From: an uncultured delta proteobacterium
GTDB lineage: Bacteria; Myxococcota_A; Polyangia; Polyangiales; Polyangiaceae
DNA: 64,000 nt
Reading direction: 5' to 3'
Assembly: GCA_963841435.1 (NCBI GenBank)
Contig: CAWJCS010000006.1
Coordinates: 1,120,001 to 1,184,000, forward strand
In this document: positions 29,642 to 38,608 of the stretch, piece by piece
Layout of the letters: the number at the start of each line of letters is the position of its first letter
Numbering within the stretch: position 1 is the stretch's first letter
Notes under the pieces: model-generated
Databases searched by the model: none
What the model was told of the DNA's origin: nothing
Seen by the model: only the letters and a program-made list of their open reading frames with translations
Program-made: the position numbers and the translations under genes

Positions 29642-30862
29642 TCACGGCTGCAGTGGCGCGGCTTTTTTGAGTTTTTCCTGCACGCGATCGCCGGCGTTCG
29701 CCTCGGCTCGCGGCGAGAGCACGACGTGCTCGTCCGAGCCGAGGCCGTGACGCACGAGCAGGGTGCCCTTCGGGCTCACCGAGTAGACGACGCGGCGCGA
29801 CGCGAGCACCTCGCCCGTGACGACGAGGATCTCGTCCTGCGCGCCCGGCTTGAGCACCTCGTGCGGCAGCTCCAGCACCGGGATCCCCTCGCCGCCCGCG
29901 ACGCGGGCGCGCACGAAGGTTCCCGCGCGCAAGAGGCCGCTCTCGTTGTCGATGGTCGCTTCGACGCGCACGCGGCGCGTCGACGGATCGACGCTGCCGA
30001 GCACGGCGCTGATGGTGCCGCTCACGGGGCCGCGCTCGGTGTCGACGCTGAGCTTCGAGCCTGGGCTCACGAGCGACGCGTCGTGCTCGCCGAGCGACCC
30101 CTTGAGTCTGAGGTGCGAAAGATCGACGAGCTCGAAGAGCGTCGTGCCAGGGCCCACGACGCCGCCGACGCCGTCCGGGGCGCGCGTGATGCTGCCCGCG
30201 AACGGAGCCGTCAGGCGGTGGTTGCCGAGCGTGACCTGGCCGAGCGACACTTGCGCGCGTGACGCGTCGAGTTGTGCGTTGGCGAGCGCCTTCTGCTGGG
30301 CGGTCTGCACGCCGGTCACTTCGGCTGCCGAGCCGCTCTGCACCATCGAGCTCGTGCGGCGTTCCTCGTCGGAGGCCAGTGCGAGCTGAGCCTCGGCGGC
30401 GCGGACCTGAGCCTCTGCGGCCTTGAGCTGAGCGGCGGCCTCGCCTGCGTCGAGCGAGGCGAGCAGCTGCCCGGTCTTGACGCTGTCACCGACCTTGACG
30501 GCGACGCGTGAGATGCGGCCACCGGTCTTGAACCCGAGCTCGGCGGATTGGCCGGCGGCGATCGTGCCGTCGATCTCGACGACGGGCCTCCAGGTGTTCG
30601 CGAGCGGGAGCACGGTCGTCACGGCGGGGACGGCATTCGTCTCGGCTGCGACGCGCTTCGCGTCCTCGTCGCGCTGACCGGCGATGGCCGCGCGCGTTTC
30701 CTTGGCGGACTGGATGCGCACTGCCGACCAGGCGAAGAATCCGCCGAGGGCGAGCACGCCGACCACGATGCCCACGAGGGGCGCGCGGGGGCGCTCGACG
30801 GTGGGGTCCGGCCGTGCCTTTGGGTCTTTCGTGGGGACGGAAGCTGAAACGCGTTGATCCAT
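29642..30862 (-). CDS. RND periplasmic adaptor (membrane fusion protein)
   Basis: N-terminal TM; GRISRVAVKVGDSVKTGQLLASLD, LTAPFAG, VDPSTRRVRVEA. Confidence 0.92.
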   Translation of the reverse strand: MDQRVSASVPTKDPKARPDPTVERPRAPLVGIVVGVLALGGFFAWSAVRIQSAKETRAAIAGQRDEDAKRVAAETNAVPAVTTVLPLANTWRPVVEIDGTIAAGQSAELGFKTGGRISRVAVKVGDSVKTGQLLASLDAGEAAAQLKAAEAQVRAAEAQLALASDEERRTSSMVQSGSAAEVTGVQTAQQKALANAQLDASRAQVSLGQVTLGNHRLTAPFAGSITRAPDGVGGVVGPGTTLFELVDLSHLRLKGSLGEHDASLVSPGSKLSVDTERGPVSGTISAVLGSVDPSTRRVRVEATIDNESGLLRAGTFVRARVAGGEGIPVLELPHEVLKPGAQDEILVVTGEVLASRRVVYSVSPKGTLLVRHGLGSDEHVVLSPRAEANAGDRVQEKLKKAAPLQP

Positions 30863-30890
30863 GGGTCCTTCTCGACAGGTCGACGGCCGG

Positions 30891-31565
30891 CTAGGACGCC
30901 CGTGCCGGCTTTTCCGACAATCGGCGCGCGAACACGTTCTCGGCGGCTTTCACGAAACCGGGTTTGCCGAGCGAGCGCAGGCAGAGCCCCTGCGCGCCCA
31001 GCAGCCGCCGGCGCAGATCGGGCTTCTTTCGTTCACGCACGAGGCGGCGCGCCAGACGATCGTACCCGCCGGCGACGAACGCTGCCGCCTGGCGCGGGTC
31101 GATCTCCGGCCGGTAGTAGCCCTGCTCGACGCCAGAGCGGATCAGTCGCTCGGTCGTGTGCTCGGCGCCTTCGGCAAACACCTCGATGAGGTGCTGGTAG
31201 TCGGGGGATCCCCCGCCATCGAGCACGAGGCGCATGATGGCGCGGTGCTTCCAGATGCACTCGAAAATCTCGACGTCCCGATCGAGCCAGCCCTCGATCA
31301 TGCTCTCGAGTTCGACGTCGGCGCCCTGTTCGCGTGAGGCCTCAACGTCATGCAAGATCTGCCCGAGCTCGGCGAGGGCGCCGGCGAGGATCTCCTTGAA
31401 GGCGTCGTCCTTGGTGCGAAAATGCAAGTAGAAGGCGCCCTTCGAAAGCCCCGCTGCGTGCGTGATGTCCTCGACCTTGGCGCGGTCCAGACCTCGTTCG
31501 AGAAAGACGTCCCGTGCCGCCGCGAGGAGACGGGTGCGGGCTTTGGGATCGCTCGGACGGGCCAT
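30891..31565 (-). CDS. TetR/AcrR-family transcriptional regulator
   Basis: LLAAARDVFLERGLDRAKVEDITHAAGLSKGAFYLHFRTKD HTH; first gene of the efflux operon. Confidence 0.93.
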   Translation of the reverse strand: MARPSDPKARTRLLAAARDVFLERGLDRAKVEDITHAAGLSKGAFYLHFRTKDDAFKEILAGALAELGQILHDVEASREQGADVELESMIEGWLDRDVEIFECIWKHRAIMRLVLDGGGSPDYQHLIEVFAEGAEHTTERLIRSGVEQGYYRPEIDPRQAAAFVAGGYDRLARRLVRERKKPDLRRRLLGAQGLCLRSLGKPGFVKAAENVFARRLSEKPARAS

Positions 31566-31578
31566 GGGGGTCGGGGGA

Positions 31579-31596
31579 TGACTGACCGGTCAGTCA
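31579..31596. promoter_or_regulatory. Perfect 18-bp palindrome, probable TetR operator
   Basis: TGACTGACCGGTCAGTCA equals its own reverse complement and lies 13 bp upstream of the tetR start. Confidence 0.8.
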
Positions 31597-31631
31597 GTGA
31601 CCCGGAGTCAATAATTCCCAGGGTGCTTTCG

Positions 31632-33224
31632 TCAAGCCGGGTTGGCGCCATTGGTGCGCTTTTTTAGCGTCTGCAGCTCTACTTCAAATCCCCCGAGGTC
31701 AACCGACGGGCCGGCCACGAGGTCGAGGCGCAGGCCGGGGGCGAGCTGTCGGGCCAGCTCGGGCAGTGGGCAGAGCCAGACGAGGCGACCCCCCGGCACG
31801 AGCGCGCGGGAGGCTCGCTCGAGCACACGCTCGAGCAGGCCCGCGAGGCTGCGGTCGCGCGCCAGCCGCCGGCCCATCGGGGGGTTGGTGATGACGAGGG
31901 TGACGGGGCCGGGATTGTACGTTCTCGCGTCCGCGAGGCTCAACGTCGCAGGCACCTTGGCGGCGTCGAGGTTCGCGCGCGCGGCCTCGAGCGCGTTTTC
32001 GTCGATGTCGGTGCCCGTGAGCTTTCGGTAGGGCCCGAGTCGCGCGCGCTCGACGAGCTCGAGGCCGCTGCCGACGAAGGGATCCCAGATCAGGTCGTCG
32101 GCGCGCACGCCTGCCACGCGCGCGAGCGCAGCGGCCACCGTCGGGTGTGACGCAGCGGGCACGTCGCGTACGCGGTAGGCGAAACGGGGGTCGTCGAAGC
32201 CGCGCGGCGCGAGCACGAGCGACGCCGGCGTGCCGCGCTCGTCGACCACCACCTCCCAGCTCGCGCCTCGCGAATCGTTGACGAGCTCGGGCGCGTAGCG
32301 AGACAGGGACGACGCCACTTTCCACGCCAGCGCCCGGCGGTGCCCCCGCTCCGTGAAGCTCAGGCGAAAGCGCGGCGTTCCGTCCGTCCACGCCTTGAGC
32401 ACGCGCCGGACGCGGTCCGTCCCGAGCGTCCGGAGAATTCCCTCGGCGAGATCCGGCTGCCGCACGAGCTCTACCTCGACGCCCCATTCGAGCGGCAGCC
32501 GCGCCGCGAGCAACTCGCCCAGCGTGCCGCTCCAGGGCAGCTCGACGATGCTCGAGCTTCGCACCCGGGGTCGCCCGAGCCCCCGGAGCTCGGCCGCCAT
32601 CAGCTCGGCGAGCCCCGCACGACAGCGTGCGAGCACGAGCGATCGCTCCCCGAGCAGCCGGTCCAAAACGATGCGGCTCGGCACACCGCGACTCTCGCGA
32701 CGCTCGATGAGCGTGAGCGCATTGGCGACTCGGCGGCAAAGCTCCGGGTCGGTCTCGGCATCGGCGCGCAATCGCTCACACGCCGGAGCAGAGCCGACCT
32801 TGCCGAGCGCTTCGGCGATGGCGCGTTTGAGCGGCAGGTCGCCCTTTTCGTACGCGTCGAGCAGCGCCAGCTCGCTCGCGGCGTCGGCATCGAGCCGTCC
32901 GAGGGCGCTCGCCGCACGGCGGCGCACGAGCGCGTCGCCGTCGCCGAGTGCATCCAAGAGCGCGGCGGAGGCCCGCGCGTCCCCCAGCCGCCCGAGCAGA
33001 GCGACGAGAGCTGCACGCCCGCGTGTGCCGGGCGCCGCGAGCTTTGCGAGCGCCGGGGCGACCGCCGCTTCACCGGCGCGCGCGATCACGCGGCCGACGA
33101 TCTTTTGCTGGTCGCGGTCGGCGTTAACCAGGCGCTCGAATAGCGCGGGCAGGTCGCGGGCGGGCGGCGTGTAGCCGGGATCGCCGAGTAGCGTGTCGAG
33201 GTCGCGCGCCGGGTCTCGCTGCAT
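31632..33224 (-). CDS. HEAT-repeat + THUMP-like/class I amino-methyltransferase fusion (RlmL/Trm14-like)
   Basis: HEAT repeats (LLDALGDGDALVRRRAASALGRL, RAIAEALGKVG); PAASHPTVAAALA, WDPFVGSGLELVE, GTDID, VITNPPMG. Confidence 0.75.
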   Translation of the reverse strand: MQRDPARDLDTLLGDPGYTPPARDLPALFERLVNADRDQQKIVGRVIARAGEAAVAPALAKLAAPGTRGRAALVALLGRLGDARASAALLDALGDGDALVRRRAASALGRLDADAASELALLDAYEKGDLPLKRAIAEALGKVGSAPACERLRADAETDPELCRRVANALTLIERRESRGVPSRIVLDRLLGERSLVLARCRAGLAELMAAELRGLGRPRVRSSSIVELPWSGTLGELLAARLPLEWGVEVELVRQPDLAEGILRTLGTDRVRRVLKAWTDGTPRFRLSFTERGHRRALAWKVASSLSRYAPELVNDSRGASWEVVVDERGTPASLVLAPRGFDDPRFAYRVRDVPAASHPTVAAALARVAGVRADDLIWDPFVGSGLELVERARLGPYRKLTGTDIDENALEAARANLDAAKVPATLSLADARTYNPGPVTLVITNPPMGRRLARDRSLAGLLERVLERASRALVPGGRLVWLCPLPELARQLAPGLRLDLVAGPSVDLGGFEVELQTLKKRTNGANPA

Positions 33225-33238
33225 GTTAGGACGGGCCG

Positions 33239-33829
33239 GTGACCTACCGCCCGCTCGCCTCCTGGCAAGTGTTAAACAGCAAAGTCATCGTCGATCGGCG
33301 CTGGATCGAGGTTCACGAAGAGCACCTCCGGCTGCCGAGCGGACACGAGATCCAGGAATTTCACCGCATCGTCTCGCCCAGCTGGTCAGCGGCCCTCTGT
33401 GTCACCGAAGACGACCAGGTCGTGCTCGTGCGGCAGTATCGGCGCGGCATCGCGGCCGAGAGCCTCGAGCTGCCGGCGGGTGTCATCGAGCCGGGTGAGA
33501 GCCCGCTCGCGGCCGCCCAGCGCGAGCTCGCCGAGGAGGCCGGCTACGAGGCCGACGAGTGGTATCCCATCGTGACGGTCGCCACGGAGCCGTCGCGGCA
33601 CACGGTGTACGCACACTTCTTCTGTGCCCGAGGCGCGCGCTCGCTCGGCAGGCGCGCACCGGAAGAAAGCGAGGACATCAACGTCGTGACCGTGCCGCGC
33701 GCCCAGGTCGTCGAGCTTTGCGCGAGCGGCGGCATCGTGCATGGCGTTCACGTGGGCGCCGTCCTGCTCGCCGAGCGGCGCGGATTGCTCGCAAAGGAAG
33801 TCGCAAAATCGAGTCCGGACGCTCCGTGA
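33239..33829 (+). CDS. NUDIX hydrolase (ADP-ribose pyrophosphatase-like)
   Basis: LVRQYR, LELPAGVIEPGESPLAAAQRELAEEAG Nudix box. Confidence 0.9.
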   Translation: MTYRPLASWQVLNSKVIVDRRWIEVHEEHLRLPSGHEIQEFHRIVSPSWSAALCVTEDDQVVLVRQYRRGIAAESLELPAGVIEPGESPLAAAQRELAEEAGYEADEWYPIVTVATEPSRHTVYAHFFCARGARSLGRRAPEESEDINVVTVPRAQVVELCASGGIVHGVHVGAVLLAERRGLLAKEVAKSSPDAP

Positions 33830-33842
33830 CCCTGGAACGCCG

Positions 33843-34880
33843 ATGAGCGCCGCGCGCGAGCCGAGCAGCGACGAGCTCGAGGGGCGGGTTCTCCCGGTGA
33901 TAAAGCGCCTGCACCGGCGCCTCAGGGCGGACGTGCTGGCCGCGTGCCGCACCCTGGGCGAGGAGGAGCTCCGGCAGGTCTCGGGCGACGCCGGCGGCGA
34001 TACGCTTTACGCGCTCGACCGCGTGAGCGAATCGCTCCTGTTCGAGGAGCTCGGTCGTGACGCCGAGGCCCTGGGTGGCATCGTGCTCGTCGCCGAGGGG
34101 CTCGCCGAAGGGTTCGCGGTGCTGCCCGCCGGCACGAGCCGCGCGGCGGCGCGCCTCGTCGTCATCGTGGACCCGATCGACGGCACGCGCGGGCTCATGT
34201 ACCAGAAGCGTAGCGCCTGGGCCCTCACGGGAGTGGCGCCGAACCGCGGTGAGGCGACGCGCCTCTCCGACATCCGCCTCGCGGTGCAGACCGAAATCCC
34301 GCTCGTCAAGCAGTACCTCGCCGACGAGCTCTTCGCGCTGCGGGGCGGGGGTGCGCGCGCCGAGCGCGTGAACGTGCTCGACGGCGAGCGTTCTCCGCTC
34401 ACGTTGCGGCCGTCGCGCGCGCCGACACCCGAGCACGGTTTCGCCATGCTGAGCCGTTTCTTCCCTGGCGCGCGCGATACGCTCGCCGCGATCGACGAGG
34501 AAGTGATCCGCGCCGTGCTCGGTGTGCCGCCCCCGGGTCGCGCGCTGTGCTTCGAGGAGCAATACGCCTCGACGGCGGGGCAGCTCTACGAGCTTGCCAT
34601 CGGTCACGATCGTTTCATCGCGGACCTCAGGCCACTGATGACGGGCGTGCTCGCCTCACGCGGCGAGGCGCCGGGGCTCGCGTGCCATCCGTACGACTTG
34701 GCAGCGTCCCTCGTGGCGAGCGAGGCCGGCGTGATCCTCACGGCGCCGGGCGGCGGCCCGCTCGACGTGCCGCTCGATCTCGAAACCCCGGTGGCCTGGG
34801 TGGGCTACGCGAACGCCGCGCTCCGCTCGCTGATCGAGCCCGCGCTGCGCACCGCGCTCGAGCGCCGGGGCCTCCTTTGA
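33843..34880 (+). CDS. Inositol monophosphatase/FBPase superfamily protein
   Basis: GDTLYALDRVSE, VIVDPIDGTRGL, HPYDLAA...EAGVILT. Confidence 0.8.
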   Translation: MSAAREPSSDELEGRVLPVIKRLHRRLRADVLAACRTLGEEELRQVSGDAGGDTLYALDRVSESLLFEELGRDAEALGGIVLVAEGLAEGFAVLPAGTSRAAARLVVIVDPIDGTRGLMYQKRSAWALTGVAPNRGEATRLSDIRLAVQTEIPLVKQYLADELFALRGGGARAERVNVLDGERSPLTLRPSRAPTPEHGFAMLSRFFPGARDTLAAIDEEVIRAVLGVPPPGRALCFEEQYASTAGQLYELAIGHDRFIADLRPLMTGVLASRGEAPGLACHPYDLAASLVASEAGVILTAPGGGPLDVPLDLETPVAWVGYANAALRSLIEPALRTALERRGLL

Positions 34881-35013
34881 GCGAGCCGGACGAGCGCGAA
34901 ACGGCCCGCGCCCAGCGCGTTTTCGCGGATTCTTCGCCGGGTGCGCCCGGCTTCGGAGCGGCGCGCTTGCGTCCCGACGCCGAAGGCTCCACCAAATCGA
35001 CGGCGATCCTCAC

Positions 35014-35865
35014 ATGAAGCTCTGTCGCATGGGAAAGGCCGGGGCCGAACGCCCCGCCGTCGCGCTCGCCGACGGGATCCGTGACGCCTCGGCGTTCGGA
35101 AGCGACTGGAACGAGACCTTCTTCGCGGGTGACGGCATCGAGCGTCTGCGTCGCTTCGTCGAGCGCGAGGGCGACCGCTTGCCGCGCATCCCCGACGGCG
35201 AGCGTTTCGGCCCCGCCGTGGCGCGCCCCGTGAAGATCGTTTGCGTGGGCCGCAACTATCGCGCCCACGCCGAAGAAACCGGCGCACCGCTGCCGACGGA
35301 GCCGCTCCTGTTCATGAAGGCGACGAGCGCCCTGTGCGGACCCTCGGACGATCTGGTGCTCCCGCGCGGCGCCGCCAGCGTAGACTGGGAGGTGGAGCTC
35401 GCCGTGGTCATCGGACGCGAGGCGCGGCACGTGGCGCACGAGCGCGCACTCGAGCACGTGGCGGGCTACTCGCTGTTCAACGACGTGACCGAGCGCGGTC
35501 ATCAGCGCGAACGGGGCGGGCAATGGACGAAAGGCAAGAGCCACGACGGCTTCGCGCCGCTCGGCCCGTACCTGGTCACGGCCGACGAGCTCGAGCACGG
35601 CCGCATCGAGCTCGGCTTGACGGTGAACGGCGTGGAGCGCCAGCGCGCCTCCACCGCCAAGCTGATCTTCGACGTGCCGACGCTCGTTGCCTACGTGAGC
35701 GACTTCATGACGCTCTGCCCCGGCGACGTGATCTCGACCGGCACTCCCGAGGGCGTGGGCTTCGGTCACGACCCGCCGATCTTCCTCGCGCCGGGCGACG
35801 TGATCGACGCGATGGGCGAAGGGCTCGGCAGCTCCCGGCGACGCGTCGTCGTATTCGGCGGGTAG
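35014..35865 (+). CDS. Fumarylacetoacetate hydrolase family protein
   Basis: KIVCVGRNYRAHAEE, FMKA, DWEVELAVVIG, NDVTER, GKSHDGFAPLGP, PGDVISTGTPEGVG. Confidence 0.93.
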   Translation: MKLCRMGKAGAERPAVALADGIRDASAFGSDWNETFFAGDGIERLRRFVEREGDRLPRIPDGERFGPAVARPVKIVCVGRNYRAHAEETGAPLPTEPLLFMKATSALCGPSDDLVLPRGAASVDWEVELAVVIGREARHVAHERALEHVAGYSLFNDVTERGHQRERGGQWTKGKSHDGFAPLGPYLVTADELEHGRIELGLTVNGVERQRASTAKLIFDVPTLVAYVSDFMTLCPGDVISTGTPEGVGFGHDPPIFLAPGDVIDAMGEGLGSSRRRVVVFGG

Positions 35866-36561
35866 ATGCACGAGCGGCTCTTTCTCGTCCTCCTCTTGCT
35901 CGCGGCGGCCTGCCGTCCGGTGCCAAGCTCGGTGCCGCTCGGCGACAGCGGGCGGCACGACTATGCCGGGCTCGCCGACCTCGTCGATCGCCGCCCGCGC
36001 GAGGACACGGCCGATCTCGATCTCGACGACGCCGACGAAATCGAGGTCACGGCGTCCGCGCCGCGCGCTTCGGCGTCCTCGGGGTCACTGCCGCCGGTGA
36101 CCCCGGGCGCGTCCCACGCGCCGACGGACGACGCGACCTGGCCGGGCGAGTATTACGGCTCCGACCGCTTCACGTGGCAGGGTTTCGACGGTCGAGAATC
36201 GGTGGAGGTCGACGACAAGGCGCACACGCGCGTCGAGTCCTCCTCCGACGGCGAGATCGTGATCACCATCGTCAACAGCCAGACGGGCGAGTCGATCTGC
36301 GCGCTCCACGCCACGACGACCGGCTCGGAAGCGACGATCCGCGAGGATGAGACCTGCTTCGGCAGCGCCGAGCTCGCCGCCACCGTCACCGAGGGTCACG
36401 CCTCCGTCAACGGCGATCGACTGACCCTCGACTTCAAGGCGCACCTCGATCAGGGCCTCGACCTCGATGGCGACGACGACGAGGGCGACGACGACGACGA
36501 CGACACGGTGACCACCTCGCGCGCCGCGGGCAGCTACCACTTCGACGGCCAGCGCCAGTAG
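35866..36561 (+). CDS. Hypothetical acidic lipoprotein
   Basis: Lipobox LLLAAAC; Asp-rich tracts; starts on the base after the FAH stop; coding-like codon bias. Confidence 0.7.
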   Translation: MHERLFLVLLLLAAACRPVPSSVPLGDSGRHDYAGLADLVDRRPREDTADLDLDDADEIEVTASAPRASASSGSLPPVTPGASHAPTDDATWPGEYYGSDRFTWQGFDGRESVEVDDKAHTRVESSSDGEIVITIVNSQTGESICALHATTTGSEATIREDETCFGSAELAATVTEGHASVNGDRLTLDFKAHLDQGLDLDGDDDEGDDDDDDTVTTSRAAGSYHFDGQRQ

Positions 36562-36741
36562 CTTTTCGGGTACCGGCGGGGCCGGGCGACCTGACGCCGT
36601 TGCCGTCGGCCGGCTCCGCGCGCGGCGGGCACGGTCCCCCCGCCCCCCTGCGGAAATTTACCGGAGTGCGAGATCCGCTGATCTCGGCTAAACGATCGAC
36701 CTCGGCCGACCCGCGGGTCGTTCGCGCACGGTTCCCCCTCG

Positions 36742-37197
36742 ATGAAGATCCGGACGCTCCCCGACAACAGCCAGCTCCTCTTCGACGAGCAGGGGATCAT
36801 GCAGATGCATGACTTCGGCGGTGGCGTCTCGCTGCACGTGCGAAAAGGCATCATGACGGCCGATTTCGCCGTTCGCGTCATCGAGGACGGCGAGCGGCAG
36901 CTGGGCGTTTTTGGCCGCTACGTGCTGATGGTCGACGGGAGCGAGACCAGGATGCACACGACCGAGTTCCGCGAGGTCATGACCAACTGGTTCATGCCCC
37001 GGACGACGGCGGTCGTGCACATGCTCATCCGCTCGAAGATGCTCGACATGGCGCTCACGGTTGCGAACCTCGCCATGGGCTCGACGCGCGCCCACACGTA
37101 CGTCGATGCGGGCGCCTGGGAGGCGGTTGGCCGGCGCGAGGCGAGCTCCTTCAGGCGCCGGCCGCTGGTCCTGCCGAAGGACGTGCTTTCGCGCTGA
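36742..37197 (+). CDS. Hypothetical protein (possibly STAS/SpoIIAA-like fold)
   Basis: Globular 151-aa ORF with strong GC3 bias; LMVDGSE...FREVMTNW...VHMLIRSKMLDMAL pattern. Confidence 0.65.
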   Translation: MKIRTLPDNSQLLFDEQGIMQMHDFGGGVSLHVRKGIMTADFAVRVIEDGERQLGVFGRYVLMVDGSETRMHTTEFREVMTNWFMPRTTAVVHMLIRSKMLDMALTVANLAMGSTRAHTYVDAGAWEAVGRREASSFRRRPLVLPKDVLSR

Positions 37198-37310
37198 GGC
37201 CGGCTGGCGGCCGTCGCCAGCCGGGGCGACCGGCTCACGTCGGACGAACAATGTCAGGGCTTGGGTGGCGCCGGCGTTCGCTCGCGGCGGCCCGGTGATA
37301 AGGGTTTCGC

Positions 37311-38577
37311 GTGCCGAAGCTGGTTCACGCCGCGGACCTGCATCTCGACAGCCCCCTGTGCGGCCTCGAGCGCTACCCGGGGGCGCCCGTCGGCGAGCTT
37401 CGGCGTGCGACTCGCGACGCCCTCGCTCGCCTGGTCGAGCTCACGATCGCCGAGGGGGCGGGGCTTCTCTTGATTGCCGGCGACTTGTTCGACGGTGGCT
37501 GGCGTGACTACTCGACGGGATTGTTCTTCGCCGAACAGATGAAGCGTCTCAAGGACGCGGACGTCAAGGTGGTGTGGATCCGCGGCAACCACGACGCGGC
37601 GAGCCGGCTCACGCGCCACCTCTCGCCGCCCGACAACGTCAGGGAGCTCGAGCACCGCCGCCCCGAGAGCGTGACGTTCGAGGAGCTCGACGTCGTCGTC
37701 CACGGACAGGGCTTTTCCCAGCGGGACGTGCGGGAGGATTCTTGCGAGCGGCTACCCCGAACGCGTGCCGGGCGCGCTCAACGTGGGCCTCTTGCACACG
37801 GCGCTCGACGGCCGCGAAGGGCATGCCCTGTATGCGCCCTGCACGCTCGCTTCGCTCGTCGATCGTGGTTACGAGTACTGGGCGCTCGGCCACGTGCACC
37901 GGCACGAGATCGCGCACGCCCATCCTTTCGTCGTGTACCCGGGCAACCTCCAGGGGCGCCACGCGCGTGAGACGGGGCCGAAAGGCGCGGTCGTCGTGAG
38001 CTACGAGGGCGCCCGCGTGACGGCCGTCGAGCACCGCGCGCTCGACGTCGTGCGCTGGGAGCGCGTCACCGTCGACCTTACCGAACGGAACGGCATCGGC
38101 GAGGTCGAGGACGCCGTGCGCGCGTCGATCGAGTCCGCGCTTCGAGCTGCCGGGGAGCGCCTGCTCGCCGTGCGCGTCGTGCTCACGGGGGCGAGCGCCG
38201 CGCATGCTGCGCTGCACCGCGATCCGGAGCTCGCCGCCACGATTGCGCGCGAGGTCGCGATCGATCTCACGGCGGGCTCGGTCTGGGTGGAGCGAGTGCT
38301 CGTCGAGACGCGCGCGCCGTCAACGCAGCTCGTCGAGCTCGCGTCACGCGTCGGGCCGCTCGGCGAGCTGGCCCGCGAGATCCGCGCGCTCGAGGCGGAC
38401 CCCGAGTCGCTCGCGGCGTTCTTCGGCGAAATCCCGGGGCTCTCGGACGTTTTGCGCAAGCTGCGTCCGGCGAGCGACGAAAGCGGCGGCACGGGTGAAG
38501 GCGCGCTCGAGCCTTCGGCCCTGCTCCACGACGCCGAGGCGCTCTTGGTCTCGCGCCTCTCGGAGCTCGAAGAATGA
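37311..38577 (+). CDS. SbcD/Mre11-like metallophosphoesterase (YhaO-like); one apparent frameshift near 37740
   Basis: HAADLHLDSP, IAGDLFD, GNHD, GLLHT, YWALGHVH, YPGNLQGRH. Confidence 0.9.
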
Positions 38578-38608
38578 GCCTCGCCGCAAAAGGGGAGCTT
38601 CGCGGCCG

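Noticed and set aside
26827..29670. Long antisense ORFs (also 39157-41577, 45185-48010, 50391-52220, 13734-15713 and many Arg/Ala-rich ORFs)
   Set aside because: Expected stop-poor shadow frames of GC-rich genes; no recognisable motifs, and they overlap well-supported genes
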